Part shown: piece after piece, positions 29,601 through 38,933 of the stretch
How the letters are laid out: each line of letters starts with the position of its first letter
How positions within the stretch are numbered: the stretch's first letter is position 1
Made by a program: the position numbers and the translations under genes
The notes under the pieces: generated by a model
What the model was told of the DNA's origin: nothing
Seen by the model: only the letters and a program-made list of their open reading frames with translations
Database searches by the model: none
DNA from: an uncultured Roseivirgaceae bacterium
GTDB taxonomy: Bacteria; Bacteroidota; Bacteroidia; Cytophagales; Cyclobacteriaceae
Direction: 5' to 3'
Length of the DNA: 64,000 bases
NCBI GenBank assembly: GCA_964438975.1
Contig: CAYTMU010000010.1
Location: forward strand, 20,513 to 84,512

Positions 29601-30867
29601 TGATCTCTACGAGTTGATTGAGATACGCCTCGGCATTTCCATAACGCCTTTCCGTGAGCGCTACCTGATAGAGAAATTCAAGAATTCGCACCCGGGTGCG
29701 ATAGAATTTCGGAAGTGATTTGGAAGCCAGGACATTTACAGCGTCGTTTTCGAGATTCCGAGTCCTGTCCCGGGCAAGTTTCGAACTGAACTCAACTGCA
29801 CGGAGGTTAATCCGGTGCAAGCTCGCCTTAGGGTAGTTCTTCTCAATCATTTTTTCGTACTCGAGCTTGGTGTTCAGGTAGCGGGGTCGATGGTTCTGGT
29901 CGAGGAGGTAAGCGATATAGCTGAGGTATATATCGTGTGCGAGGGCATTTGTCGGGGCGGTGACACTCTTCAAATCATTGAGGATCTTGTCGTACTCCGG
30001 GTTCTTCCGCATACCATTTTCTTCGAGCGAACGAGACCACCGGTACCGGTACTCGACATCGGCCAGGCTGGTCTTACCCAGAAATTTGCGTTTCGACCGG
30101 ATCCATGAGGCCAGTTCGGCGTACACCATGTCGATGTCGGGGTTATCCTGGTCCTTCCCGATGATCGAGATCCGTCCTTTCTTGCCGTATGCCGACCCGA
30201 TGAGCGTTTTGAGTCGGGCATATTCGCTGTGTCGGGTGAGGATCTCTTCGTCGCTGAGTCGCGTCGTCTTGATCTGACCGTTTTCAACCCGTGTCTCTTT
30301 GTCTATCGCGCGAGCGGCGAAGTACTTCTCTGCATTCATCAGCACTTCTAATGCGTCGTTGGCAAAGCCCTGCCCGATCATCGCTTCTCCTTTGATCAAC
30401 GCGATGCGACCATTGAAGGCGTCATCGGTCTGATCAGTCTTAATCAGCAGCGTTTCAGCTTGTTCTGTGTACTCACGTGCCACCCGGTAGTTGCCGAACT
30501 GGTTGTAGAGGGCAGCTACATCGAGCATGGTGCTCGCGTAACCCGCGCTGGTTTCTCCAAACACAGCTCTGCTGGTGTTAAGTGCATTGCTGATGCTGTT
30601 ATCGAACCCCTCGACCATGCCCAATGCCAGGTTTATTCGCGCTTCGCGAATGTGATAGGCTAGCATATAGTTGTTGGGTCCAGGGATTTTCGTAGCGCCT
30701 TTGCGGAACTTGGTCAGGCCCGACAGAGCTTTTGAGAAATTGCCCGAGGTGTAATGGTCATCGATCTTACGCAGCGCTTTGTCGAGTTTCTTGCTCTGGG
30801 CAAATGATGTTTGCACCAGCAAAAATCCAATGAGCAATGCGATAACGGATACCCTCAAGGTTTTCAT
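26617..30867 (-). CDS. Exported TPR-repeat / CHAT-domain (caspase-like) protein, 1416 aa
   Basis: An internal ATG at 30867 gives the signal peptide MKTLRVSVIALLIGFLLVQTSFAQS. About 900 aa of TPR-like repeats follow. The C-terminal CHAT domain has a candidate His (VLHIATHGLY) and Cys (DFVVLSACETGLGD). The ORF-track start at 31062 adds 65 unconserved codons. Confidence 0.85.
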   Translation of the reverse strand: MKTLRVSVIALLIGFLLVQTSFAQSKKLDKALRKIDDHYTSGNFSKALSGLTKFRKGATKIPGPNNYMLAYHIREARINLALGMVEGFDNSISNALNTSRAVFGETSAGYASTMLDVAALYNQFGNYRVAREYTEQAETLLIKTDQTDDAFNGRIALIKGEAMIGQGFANDALEVLMNAEKYFAARAIDKETRVENGQIKTTRLSDEEILTRHSEYARLKTLIGSAYGKKGRISIIGKDQDNPDIDMVYAELASWIRSKRKFLGKTSLADVEYRYRWSRSLEENGMRKNPEYDKILNDLKSVTAPTNALAHDIYLSYIAYLLDQNHRPRYLNTKLEYEKMIEKNYPKASLHRINLRAVEFSSKLARDRTRNLENDAVNVLASKSLPKFYRTRVRILEFLYQVALTERRYGNAEAYLNQLVEIKKELCGESSPEYHLAKLALANFYISYTNKIEDAGKIYEESFRGFVANEIDVQHKDLFNILTHMAQYYEMADNYSLATATLDQAENAVRAKFDPTDILYGIGLTNVAKLQIQLGDYDDATVNIDKAIEVITMKKNRDYAESSPAYIDALETQARMYGIKGLFDEAESNLSRTRREISRAQVPIDEYSAAQELSTLFIQLGQYSQTEKLLNKLLDEYQKLYGPNSLRLIEPLVNRGRILLAKGDYTEADRVARRANDIAVKTYGENSTKTAPTLKLLADINYTLGDYEKAEDNLKKAVASQEKQFGRGHIEVAKSISQLALIKFHKGGDRQEVEKLMLEARDVMADKLGKDNPQYAEILKNVAVLYISEGKYDIAFNSLTVAENIWRTKTGTKNNINAASIYTLTGDVYYQLKNYGKAEEFYNKAKKLYESFFSANHPEYVKVLSKLSKVYYMGKNYKQSKRFIDQALANYEEYIKKFFPALSEREKAKYWNTIKGDFEFYNTLAFSNLDDFKDLTGRIYNAQLMTKALLLSNSIKMRERILNSTDEPLKNQYNDWIQKKELLTVALSMSPAQLLENEINPGALTQEVEHLERELSQKSELFSQNFDTKRIVFEDVKKSLQPNEVAVEIVRYRHFNHSFTDSVIYAALYLTSKLDKPKAIIMKDGSNLETRYFRYYRNSIIGRVADQYSYSVYWKPIIDEVGQTSTIYLSADGVYNQINLEAIPSPDGRFVIDNANIVLVSNTKDIYLRKVKSRPAANKNTASVFGNPTFYLTATATNRRDITPLPGTEKEVSQLQQILSQKGWSTDEYVEKLAAEEHIKELNSPRVLHIATHGLYKPAEEISLSKQIEGAEAYLTQNPLMRSGLLLKGAGDILAKTDFNYNIDNGILTAQEAMSLNLDGTDFVVLSACETGLGDLEWGEGVYGLQRAFLTAGAKVLIMSMFKVDDEATQKLMSKFYLKWSNTNNLRESFIDAKKELRVDYPDPIFWGAFMMIGLE

Positions 30868-31083
30868 AGGCGGAATTTTAGGAATAACAAAGTTAAAAAA
30901 TAACCAGCTATTCCTCGTCACCGGGCTTTCTATGTTTCCAGTCATTTTATGCCCATTTAGCCAGATTTCGCAGTTTCCGTCATAAGGGCAGTAACAGTCA
31001 CGTGCGAGCGGTGGAAAGTGACAAGAGTTGTCAGCGAATGTTCTTAAACTTGTTGCAATCAATCGTACGGATTTCCTGGACGC

Positions 31084-34000
31084 ATGAAGACCTTTTCACT
31101 ATACCGGAGTTCGGCGGGTAGCGGTAAGACACGCACTCTCGCAAAAGTGTGGCTCAAGTTGGCGCTGGCGTCGAAAGTTGACTATTTCCAGCACATTCTT
31201 GCTGTCACTTTTACGAACAAGGCATCGCAGGAGATGAAAGATCGGATCCTGGAATACCTCAATGATTTCGCCAACGGAAAAACAACTGCACTTGCAGGAG
31301 AACTTCAGCGTGAACTGAACATCGACAGCCAGACCTTCCAACAGCGCAGCCAGGATATTCTCTCTGCAATCCTCCATCGGTACGACAGTTTTTCCATCAG
31401 TACTATCGACGCTTTCTTTCAAAAAGTCATCCGGTCGTTTACCCAGGAGGCTGGCCTGGTAGGAGACTACCGGCTGGAGGTGGACCAGGACACTGTGCTC
31501 GAGGAGGTGATCGACAACCTGATCGACGAATTGGGTGACAATCGCCAATTGACGGAATGGGTCGTCGATTTTGCCCGCGAGAACCTGGAGAACGAACGAG
31601 CCTGGGATGTTCGCTACAGCCTGATTGATTTCGGCCGGGAGATATTCAGAGAAGAGTTCAGGGCAATCGAAGACGAGGTAACGCGGGTTGCGTCGCGGCC
31701 GAACTACTTTCGGGAATTGCGCGATGACTTGTGGAGGACTCGCAATTCGTTCCTTCAGGCCGTATCGAAGCCTGCCATAGAACTACTGGATATTATTCGC
31801 AGCAACGGATGGGATACACCCGATTTCAGCTATGGAAGCAGAGCGGGACTGCTTTCATTTTTGAACCAGGTTGTTCGTGCGCGGGACATGGGGAAATATC
31901 CTTCGCCGGGAAAACTGGTTCGCACGCATTTTATCATCGGGGAGAATTGGCCCGCGAAGAAGTCTCAACATGCGCGTGATATCCTGGCGATCGCCGATAC
32001 AGAACTGGCGCCGCGACTTGTAGCCATACTGGAGCAATACGACGCAACGTACCATCAGGCCCGCAGCGCCGACGTAGTCCTGCGGAATATGTATGTGTTC
32101 GGTCTTATCACAGACACGGCAAGGAAGCTCAAGGAGTACAAGGATGAGAACAACATCATGCTTCTCGCTGATGCCCCTAAGCTCTTAAATGGCGTGATCC
32201 ACGACAGCGACACACCTTTTATCTACGAAAAGGTCGGGTCTTTCTATCGCAACTATCTGATCGATGAATTTCAGGACACATCGGGTCTTCAATGGCAGAA
32301 TTTTTTCCCGCTAATCGTTAACAGCCTGGATCAGGGCTATCCCAGCCTGGTCGTCGGGGATGTGAAGCAGGCAATCTACCGGTGGCGCGGGGGTGACCTG
32401 AGCCTGCTACAGGAAAAGATCGCTGATCTGATCGGTCCGGAACGTGTCGAGTTATCGGAGCTCACGAATAACTTTCGCAGTGCACCGGCAATCGTGGACT
32501 TCAACAACAGACTGTTCAAGACTGCTGCCACGCTTCTGCCGTCGGACAACGGGGTTACCTCGGCGTCGCTCGCTTATCGCGATGTGGTTCAGACGGCATC
32601 GCGGGATGATGTGGGATTTGTTGAAGTACAGTTCATGACGGATGACGATCCTGACGTAGGTGAAGTGCGGTCATGGCGAGAGAAGGCGATGGACAATATC
32701 CCACGCGTTCTCGAGCGTCTCCAGGAGGCAGGTGCGTCGCTGAGGGAAATTGCCATTCTCGTCAGAAGAAATGACGAGGGATATCGTATTGCTGCTCATC
32801 TGATGCAATACAAACGTTCTGCCGACGCAAAACCGGATTGCAACTACGAGGTGGTCTCGAACGAATCCCTCCGCATTGACGGTGCGGCCTCCGTCAACCT
32901 GTTGCTGGGCGCCATGCGTTACCTGTTGAATCCCAACGATGCGATTGCGCGTGCGCAACTGGCGTTCGAATACGCGCGGATCCATGAACCTGAAAGGGCC
33001 TTAGCGGAGGTCTTCGCCATTACCAATCAGAATATTTTTGAGAATAACCTTCCTCCTGCGTTTGTGAAAGAGAAGGGTTCTCTCAAGAAGCTTCCGCTGA
33101 TCGAGCTAACTGAAACACTGGTGAGGATATTTGAGTTGGGTATTCGCACCGGTGAGCTGGTGTATATCCAGACGTTTCAGGATCTCGTCCTGGAGTTTGG
33201 CAACCGCGAGAAGAATGACCTGGGTGCGTTTCTCGAGTGGTGGGAAGTGAATAAGGAAAAGAAAAGCGTGCAGCTCTCAGGAGATGTCGACGCGGCCCAG
33301 ATACTGACCGTTCACAAGGCGAAAGGGCTGCAGTTTAAGTACGTTATCATACCATTTTGTTCATGGAGTCTCGATCACGATGGCCGGCAAGGGCCAAACC
33401 TCTGGGTCCGCTCAGACGAACCTCCATTTCGCGACGCTGGATTTCTCCCGGTTCGGTATACGAAAGCATTGGAGGAAACTTTCTTCGGCGGTTATTACGT
33501 CGAGGAACGCGCAAAAATAGCTCTCGACAATCTCAATCTGCTGTATGTGGCTCTCACACGTGCGGAGTCGGGGCTGATCGTATCGGCACCAAGTCCAGGT
33601 CTACGCGGACCGGGTAATACGATCGCCGGACTGATGTATGACAGTATCGAAATGGATGAGGTACTTCGTCCGGCACTGGATCCTTCGACACAGATATGGC
33701 GATCTGGCGAGTGGAAGATTCAGCCGATGGAGAGAAGGATCGACACAACCTCCGTGCAACTGACGGAATATCTGTCGTCGCCCTGGCGGGAAAAGCTCGT
33801 GATCCGCAGATCGGCGTCGGATTGGTTCCGCGAAAAGGCGGATTACGGGATTTATACCCATGCAGTGCTTTCGCGGATGCGTTACAGCGATCAGTTGAAT
33901 GAGGTGTTGACGCAGCTCGCAAACGAGGGACTCATCGGTGCCGGGGAGATCGAGGAACTCTCCTCGCAGTTATCAGACGTATTGAGTAATCCGAAAGTGT

Positions 34001-34323
34001 CGGGTTGGTTCAGCCGGGAATGGAAGGTGCTTACAGAGGTGCCGATCTTGCTTCCCGAAGGCACGGAGAACAGGATCGATAGACTTCTCCTCAAAGACAG
34101 AAAGGCAATCGTCATCGATTTTAAGACAGGGAGTCGAAAGAAGGCGGACGAACGGCAGGTGCAGGATTACATGAACGTTCTCCACCGCATGAATTTTACC
34201 GATGTCGAAGGATACCTTCTCTATATCGCCGAGAACGCGATCGAGGAGGTCGCGACGGGCGCCGGGTTCAGACTCAATCAGAAGAGGAAGAAAAACACAG
34301 ACCAGCTTGAACTGGGTTTATAG
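31084..34323 (+). CDS. UvrD/Rep-type helicase fused to a PD-(D/E)XK nuclease (AddA/RecB-like subunit)
   Basis: Walker A YRSSAGSGKTRTL, ILAVTFTNKASQEM, DEFQDTS, VGDVKQAIYRWRGG. C-terminal nuclease motif IDRLLL...AIVIDFKTG...QVQDY. Confidence 0.85.
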   Translation: MKTFSLYRSSAGSGKTRTLAKVWLKLALASKVDYFQHILAVTFTNKASQEMKDRILEYLNDFANGKTTALAGELQRELNIDSQTFQQRSQDILSAILHRYDSFSISTIDAFFQKVIRSFTQEAGLVGDYRLEVDQDTVLEEVIDNLIDELGDNRQLTEWVVDFARENLENERAWDVRYSLIDFGREIFREEFRAIEDEVTRVASRPNYFRELRDDLWRTRNSFLQAVSKPAIELLDIIRSNGWDTPDFSYGSRAGLLSFLNQVVRARDMGKYPSPGKLVRTHFIIGENWPAKKSQHARDILAIADTELAPRLVAILEQYDATYHQARSADVVLRNMYVFGLITDTARKLKEYKDENNIMLLADAPKLLNGVIHDSDTPFIYEKVGSFYRNYLIDEFQDTSGLQWQNFFPLIVNSLDQGYPSLVVGDVKQAIYRWRGGDLSLLQEKIADLIGPERVELSELTNNFRSAPAIVDFNNRLFKTAATLLPSDNGVTSASLAYRDVVQTASRDDVGFVEVQFMTDDDPDVGEVRSWREKAMDNIPRVLERLQEAGASLREIAILVRRNDEGYRIAAHLMQYKRSADAKPDCNYEVVSNESLRIDGAASVNLLLGAMRYLLNPNDAIARAQLAFEYARIHEPERALAEVFAITNQNIFENNLPPAFVKEKGSLKKLPLIELTETLVRIFELGIRTGELVYIQTFQDLVLEFGNREKNDLGAFLEWWEVNKEKKSVQLSGDVDAAQILTVHKAKGLQFKYVIIPFCSWSLDHDGRQGPNLWVRSDEPPFRDAGFLPVRYTKALEETFFGGYYVEERAKIALDNLNLLYVALTRAESGLIVSAPSPGLRGPGNTIAGLMYDSIEMDEVLRPALDPSTQIWRSGEWKIQPMERRIDTTSVQLTEYLSSPWREKLVIRRSASDWFREKADYGIYTHAVLSRMRYSDQLNEVLTQLANEGLIGAGEIEELSSQLSDVLSNPKVSGWFSREWKVLTEVPILLPEGTENRIDRLLLKDRKAIVIDFKTGSRKKADERQVQDYMNVLHRMNFTDVEGYLLYIAENAIEEVATGAGFRLNQKRKKNTDQLELGL

Positions 34324-34343
34324 CTACAACGCACTGCTTTGTT

Positions 34344-37259
34344 ATGAAAACGTTTCTGCGCGAAATTGCTGAAAGGATCTATAAAGACCACGCGAAACTG
34401 GGGGAAGTCACTGTTGTGTTTCCGAATCGACGGGCAGCCTTGTACTTCCGGAAGCACCTTAGCACCTTGCTGACAAAGCCTGCGTTTGCGCCAAAACTCA
34501 TTACGATCGAGGATTTCTTTGCGCAATTCTCTTCCTGGCAGGTTCCCGAAAAGCTTGTGCTTGTCGCGCGGCTGTTTTCGGCATATCGCCGTGTAATGGA
34601 AGAGACAGCAGAGGGGAGTGATGACGAAGAGATCGGGCGCTTTGAGAATTTCTATTTCTGGGGGGAGATGTTGCTCCGCGACTTTGACGAGCTCGACAAA
34701 TATATGATGCCGGCCGATCAACTGTTTCGCGACCTTAGCCATCAAAAAGAATTGGACTCTAGCTTTGACTTCCTAACGGAAGAACAACTGGATTTCCTGC
34801 GCAGCTTCTGGGCGAATTTCGATGTTAATCAATCAACTAATAAACGCAGGTTTCTGCGTATGTGGCGCCGGATGTACCGGTTGTACGACATTTTTAAAAG
34901 CGACCTTCGAAGCGCCGGTCTGGCGTATGAGGGGATGTTGCAACGCACAGTAGCAGAATCCTTATCGGAGACGGGGAGTACCGCAGACCTGGGACCTGTG
35001 ATCTTCGCAGGATTCAATGCATTGACGTCTGCCGAAGAAGCGCTGATCACTCATTTTGTGGAACGTCATGAAGCCAGGGTGTATTGGGATGCAGACGCCT
35101 GGTACGTGAACAATAAGTCGCAGGAAGCAGGATTGTTCTTCCGCGAGTACCAGGAAAAGACGGTTCTTGGAAAGACATTTGATTCTAATCTGCCGGCACA
35201 CTTCCAGGATAAGATCTCGTCGGGTAAAGAAGTCCAGCTTTACGGTGCATCACAACCGGTCGGGCAGGCGAAGGCAATGGCTCAGGTGTTGCGCGATGAA
35301 CTCGCGAAGGGTCTCGATCCTGAGGAGACGTTGATCGTGCTCGCAGATGAGAAATTATTAATGCCCGTTTTGCACGGCGTTTCCGGATGCGTGGACAAAC
35401 TCAACGTCACAATGGGTTTCCCGCTGTCGAACACGCCGGTCGCAAATTTCATCGAGCATCTGGTCGACCTTCAGATACACCGGAAAGATACCGATTTCCA
35501 TCATCGGCAAGTGTTGGCGTTACTGGGCCATCCCTACGTGGTGGCGGCAGATGCAGCTACCGCACATGCCAAGCGAAAGGAGATACTCCGAAATAACTGG
35601 GTACATATCCCCGGGACATTCCTGGGCGCGGGTGTGCAACTCCATCGCCTGATCTTTCGCGCAACGAGCAATGAAGGTCACGCGTCTGGAGTGGACCTGA
35701 TACAATATCTCGTGGATGCTATCACGGAAGTTGGTGCCTTGTCTTCAGTGGGAGAGCTTGATCGCGAGTATGTATTTCAGTTTCTCAGATTCTTTAATCT
35801 TCTGGAAACGGTAGTGAAGGAAGGGCTGATGGCTTCACCTCAGCAGGAGGGAAAGGAAGCGCGCGACATGAAATCGTTCCTTCGGTTGTTCCGACAACTG
35901 GTCAGAACGCACCGCATCCCGTTCACCGGCGAACCATTGCGTGGACTTCAGGTGATGGGTGTTCTGGAAACAAGGAATCTCGATTTCAAGAACGTATTCA
36001 TCCTGTCACTAAATGAAGGAGCATTCCCGGCGACTGGTAGTAAGGGATCGTATATCCCTCACAATATACGCCGGGCGTACGGCCTGCCGACATTTGCACA
36101 CCAGGACGCGATCTACTCCTACCTTTTCTACAGAGTGTTGCAACGGGCTGAGAACATCTTCCTCTTCTACAATTCGGAAAGCGATGTGCTGGGTCAGGGA
36201 GAGATGAGTCGCTATGTGCAGCAATTGCTCTTTGAATCCGGCCTTACCATCCGCCGGCATATCTTCCACAACCCGATACGTCCACACGATGTCACTCCGA
36301 TTGCTGTTGAGAAGAATGCGCAGGTTATGGAGGAACTTGTCAGTCTGATCGAAGGCAGTCCGCGATTCAGGGGTATCTCGCCTTCCGCGTTGAACACCTA
36401 TATCGAATGCCGCCTCCAGTTTTACTTCCGGCACGTGGCCAGGATACGGGAAGCCGACGAGGTCGAGGAGGAACTTGATGCCCGGGTACTTGGAAATTTT
36501 CTGCATGACGTGATGGAGAAATTCTACAAGAAGCTCGCGGCTGACAAGGGCGACAGCACTGTTGAAAAGAAGGACTTTGTAAATGCAAGCGAGACGCTCG
36601 ACGGTTTGATCGATGACGTCTTCCGCGTAGCGTACCGACTCGATCCAACCAAACCTGTGGAATATGCCGGCCAACGACTGGTCGTCCGTGAAATCGTAAA
36701 GCGGTTTGCTGAACAGATCATCCGGATTGATGAGGAGTACGCCCCCTTCAGTATCCAGGCGCTGGAGCAAGCGGATCTTACTTATAGGCTGAAGATCGGA
36801 CGCCCTCCTTACACGGTGACGCTGGGAGGAAAGATCGACCGCGTGGACCTCAAAGGCGACCTGCTTCGGATCATTGACTACAAGACAGGAAAAGATGAGT
36901 TGAGTTTCGACAGTCTCGAGTCGCTGTTCTCGCGGGATGGCAAGCGAAACAAAGCGGCGTTTCAAACGCTGTTGTACGCGTTGATGTATGGGAGTTCAAT
37001 GACATCATCGCGCGGCGATGGCAGCCCGCGGATTGTACCCGGGTTGATCAACCGGATGAATGTTTTTGATGACGATTTTGAATTCGGCCTGAAGATCGGG
37101 AAGCACTATGTGCGCGATGTGTCCACTATGTTTCCCGAATTTGAAGAGAGGTTGAAGGAACTTCTCGAAGAATTATATGATCCAGAACAGCCATTCGACC
37201 AAACGCCTGGTATGGAAGCGTGCAGGTTGTGTTCCTACAGCCATATCTGTTATCGTTGA
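34344..37259 (+). CDS. PD-(D/E)XK nuclease family protein (AddB-like partner with C-terminal Cys cluster)
   Basis: KIDRVDLKGDLLRIIDYKTGKDE...FQTLLYALMY nuclease motif. Cys in YIECRLQFYF plus terminal CRLCSYSHIC (CxxCx5C), as in Fe-S AddB proteins. No Walker A at the N-terminus. It starts 20 nt after the helicase gene. Confidence 0.8.
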   Translation: MKTFLREIAERIYKDHAKLGEVTVVFPNRRAALYFRKHLSTLLTKPAFAPKLITIEDFFAQFSSWQVPEKLVLVARLFSAYRRVMEETAEGSDDEEIGRFENFYFWGEMLLRDFDELDKYMMPADQLFRDLSHQKELDSSFDFLTEEQLDFLRSFWANFDVNQSTNKRRFLRMWRRMYRLYDIFKSDLRSAGLAYEGMLQRTVAESLSETGSTADLGPVIFAGFNALTSAEEALITHFVERHEARVYWDADAWYVNNKSQEAGLFFREYQEKTVLGKTFDSNLPAHFQDKISSGKEVQLYGASQPVGQAKAMAQVLRDELAKGLDPEETLIVLADEKLLMPVLHGVSGCVDKLNVTMGFPLSNTPVANFIEHLVDLQIHRKDTDFHHRQVLALLGHPYVVAADAATAHAKRKEILRNNWVHIPGTFLGAGVQLHRLIFRATSNEGHASGVDLIQYLVDAITEVGALSSVGELDREYVFQFLRFFNLLETVVKEGLMASPQQEGKEARDMKSFLRLFRQLVRTHRIPFTGEPLRGLQVMGVLETRNLDFKNVFILSLNEGAFPATGSKGSYIPHNIRRAYGLPTFAHQDAIYSYLFYRVLQRAENIFLFYNSESDVLGQGEMSRYVQQLLFESGLTIRRHIFHNPIRPHDVTPIAVEKNAQVMEELVSLIEGSPRFRGISPSALNTYIECRLQFYFRHVARIREADEVEEELDARVLGNFLHDVMEKFYKKLAADKGDSTVEKKDFVNASETLDGLIDDVFRVAYRLDPTKPVEYAGQRLVVREIVKRFAEQIIRIDEEYAPFSIQALEQADLTYRLKIGRPPYTVTLGGKIDRVDLKGDLLRIIDYKTGKDELSFDSLESLFSRDGKRNKAAFQTLLYALMYGSSMTSSRGDGSPRIVPGLINRMNVFDDDFEFGLKIGKHYVRDVSTMFPEFEERLKELLEELYDPEQPFDQTPGMEACRLCSYSHICYR

Positions 37260-37368
37260 CCGCCCGGAAGAGGCCGTGAGGTATGATTTTTGCCGCTGAT
37301 TCTGCTATGATACGGGGGACGTGGTTTACAAACTTCTCCTGCTACAGTTTCAACAAAACGCGAAATCA

Positions 37369-37809
37369 ATGGTAAACGACGTAATTATCACGAGAAGCAT
37401 CGTGCTTAACGCTACCCCCGAGCGTGTGTGGGAGGCACTCACACATCCCGGGATGACCAAGCAATATTATTTCAATTCCGAGGTGCAGAGCGACTGGACG
37501 GAGGGGAGCGCTATGCGATGGAGGGGTAGGTATGACGGACACGACATCGATGTAGAAGGGCGGATCCTCGAAATTACGCCCGGTAAGCGGATCAAATACG
37601 CTGGTTTCGACCGTCTCGCCGCCGGCGATCTTTCGACCACGGGAGATATTCATATAGCACACGAAGTTGTACCTCAAGGGGGAAAGACCAAGCTATTGAC
37701 GACGATCAGTAACTTCGAAGGAGACGAGGCGCGCGCTGAGTACGCAGCTCAGCAATGGGATCTGGAAATTATGCCGAAATTTCAGACATTAGTTGAGACC
37801 ACATTGTAG
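37369..37809 (+). CDS. SRPBCC / AHSA1-like (START-fold) protein
   Basis: ATG at 37369 gives MVNDVIITRSIVLNATPERVWEALTHPGMTKQYYF..., the typical Activator-of-Hsp90-ATPase-homolog-like N-terminus. Confidence 0.8.
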   Translation: MVNDVIITRSIVLNATPERVWEALTHPGMTKQYYFNSEVQSDWTEGSAMRWRGRYDGHDIDVEGRILEITPGKRIKYAGFDRLAAGDLSTTGDIHIAHEVVPQGGKTKLLTTISNFEGDEARAEYAAQQWDLEIMPKFQTLVETTL

Positions 37810-37822
37810 AGTCGTCCGCAAC

Positions 37823-38347
37823 ATGAGAATACTGATTTTCTATATCGTCTTTCTTGTTAGTGCGTGGGTGTCACAAGCTCAGACACCGCCTCCGAAAAAT
37901 ATTCAGGACCTGGCTTTCATGTCAGGGCGATGGATCACACATAGCGCCTGGGGTGACATGGAGGAAAACTGGAGTGAACCTTGGGGTGACTCGATGATGT
38001 GTTCATACCGCTGCGTGAAAGATGGAAAGGTTATCTTTTACGAGTTTATTGTTATCGAGCAGATGGAAACGGGACCAGTAATGAAGCTTCGGCACTTCAG
38101 CCCCGGTAACATCGGCTGGGAGGACAAAGACAAGCCGTATGAGTACCCGCTCATGTTTCTCGAGCCGGACCGTGCCCGGTTTGAACGCCCCGATAAAAAA
38201 ACGGCGTTGACTTTTCACCGTACCGGGCCAAAGAAGATGCAGGTAATCCTGGAGAGGCAGGACAAGGAAGGGAAATGGATCGAAGATGTATTTCACTATG
38301 AACTGGCGCCACCGGTCAACAGTACTTCCGCTACAAAGGGTAATTGA
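37823..38347 (+). CDS. Hypothetical exported protein, DUF6265-like from memory of the pattern
   Basis: ATG at 37823 gives the signal MRILIFYIVFLVSAWVSQAQ. The LAFMSGRW...EENWSEPWGDSMM...LRHFSPGNIGWEDKDKP pattern follows. Confidence 0.55.
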   Translation: MRILIFYIVFLVSAWVSQAQTPPPKNIQDLAFMSGRWITHSAWGDMEENWSEPWGDSMMCSYRCVKDGKVIFYEFIVIEQMETGPVMKLRHFSPGNIGWEDKDKPYEYPLMFLEPDRARFERPDKKTALTFHRTGPKKMQVILERQDKEGKWIEDVFHYELAPPVNSTSATKGN

Positions 38348-38400
38348 GAGTGAATCAATACACTCCTTTTTTCGATATTTGCGGAACATCCATCCTGGCC

Positions 38401-38889
38401 GTGACATTAGAGCAGTTCAATACGTGGTCGAAAAGAAAACAGGCGGAGAACAAGAAATTTCTCCAGGGCTTGCGAAAGAAAGACCCGCGCAGAGTTGACG
38501 ATGTTTTTCATGCAGTGCACGATGAGGTCTTTGATGAACTCGATTGTCTGACCTGCGCGAACTGTTGCAAGACGACCAGCCCGATTTTCTATGAGACGGA
38601 TATTGATCGCCTGGCGCGTGCTCTGCGGATCAGACCGGGCGATTTCATTGAGACGTATCTGCGGATTGATGAAGATGGTGACTACGTCCTGCAAACGACG
38701 CCCTGCCCTTTCCTGGGATCGGATAATCATTGCCGCGTCTACGACGACCGGCCGAAGGCGTGCCGGGAGTATCCTCATACCGGCCGCAAGAAGGTCGTTC
38801 AGATCATGGACCTTACGCTGCGAAACACGTTGGTGTGTCCCGCGGTCTATGAAATGGTCGAGCGCTTGAAAGCGATTCCCCTTAAATGA
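38401..38889 (+). CDS. YkgJ-family cysteine-cluster (UPF0153) protein
   Basis: LDCLTCANCCKTTSP...CPFLGSDNHCRVYDDRPKACREYPHT. A GTG start at 38401 ((M)TLEQFNTWSKRK...) fits family length. The TTG at 38344 and GTG at 38350 are alternatives. Confidence 0.78.
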   Translation: MTLEQFNTWSKRKQAENKKFLQGLRKKDPRRVDDVFHAVHDEVFDELDCLTCANCCKTTSPIFYETDIDRLARALRIRPGDFIETYLRIDEDGDYVLQTTPCPFLGSDNHCRVYDDRPKACREYPHTGRKKVVQIMDLTLRNTLVCPAVYEMVERLKAIPLK

Positions 38890-38912
38890 AAAGAGGTACC
38901 CAAAGGTACCTC
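38889..38912 (-). terminator. Intrinsic terminator for trxA
   Basis: 8-bp stem gaggtacc (38893-38900) / ggtacctc (38905-38912) with loop caaa. On the minus strand it is followed by CTTTTCATTT. It lies between the convergent ykgJ-like gene and trxA. Confidence 0.55.
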
Positions 38913-38933
38913 GTGAAGTTGTGTTATGATTCT

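Noticed and set aside
36009-36965. 318-codon ORF antisense to the AddB-like gene
   Set aside because: It lies entirely inside a well-supported CDS on the opposite strand and its product has no recognisable motifs. It looks like a typical shadow ORF in a moderately GC-rich gene. I apply the same judgement to 3868-4686, 7606-8241, 40904-41548 and 62309-63037.
26617-37259. TPR-CHAT + UvrD-helicase + PD-(D/E)XK nuclease read as a three-gene anti-phage defence island
   Set aside because: The CHAT protein has a Sec signal peptide, so it is not cytoplasmic, and it is transcribed divergently from the other two genes. The helicase/nuclease pair has the size and motifs of the core AddAB-type recombination enzyme. 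No other defence hallmarks are present: no methylase, ATPase-sensor, integrase or compositional shift. I kept the CHAT protein and the AddAB-like pair as separate lower-interest findings instead.
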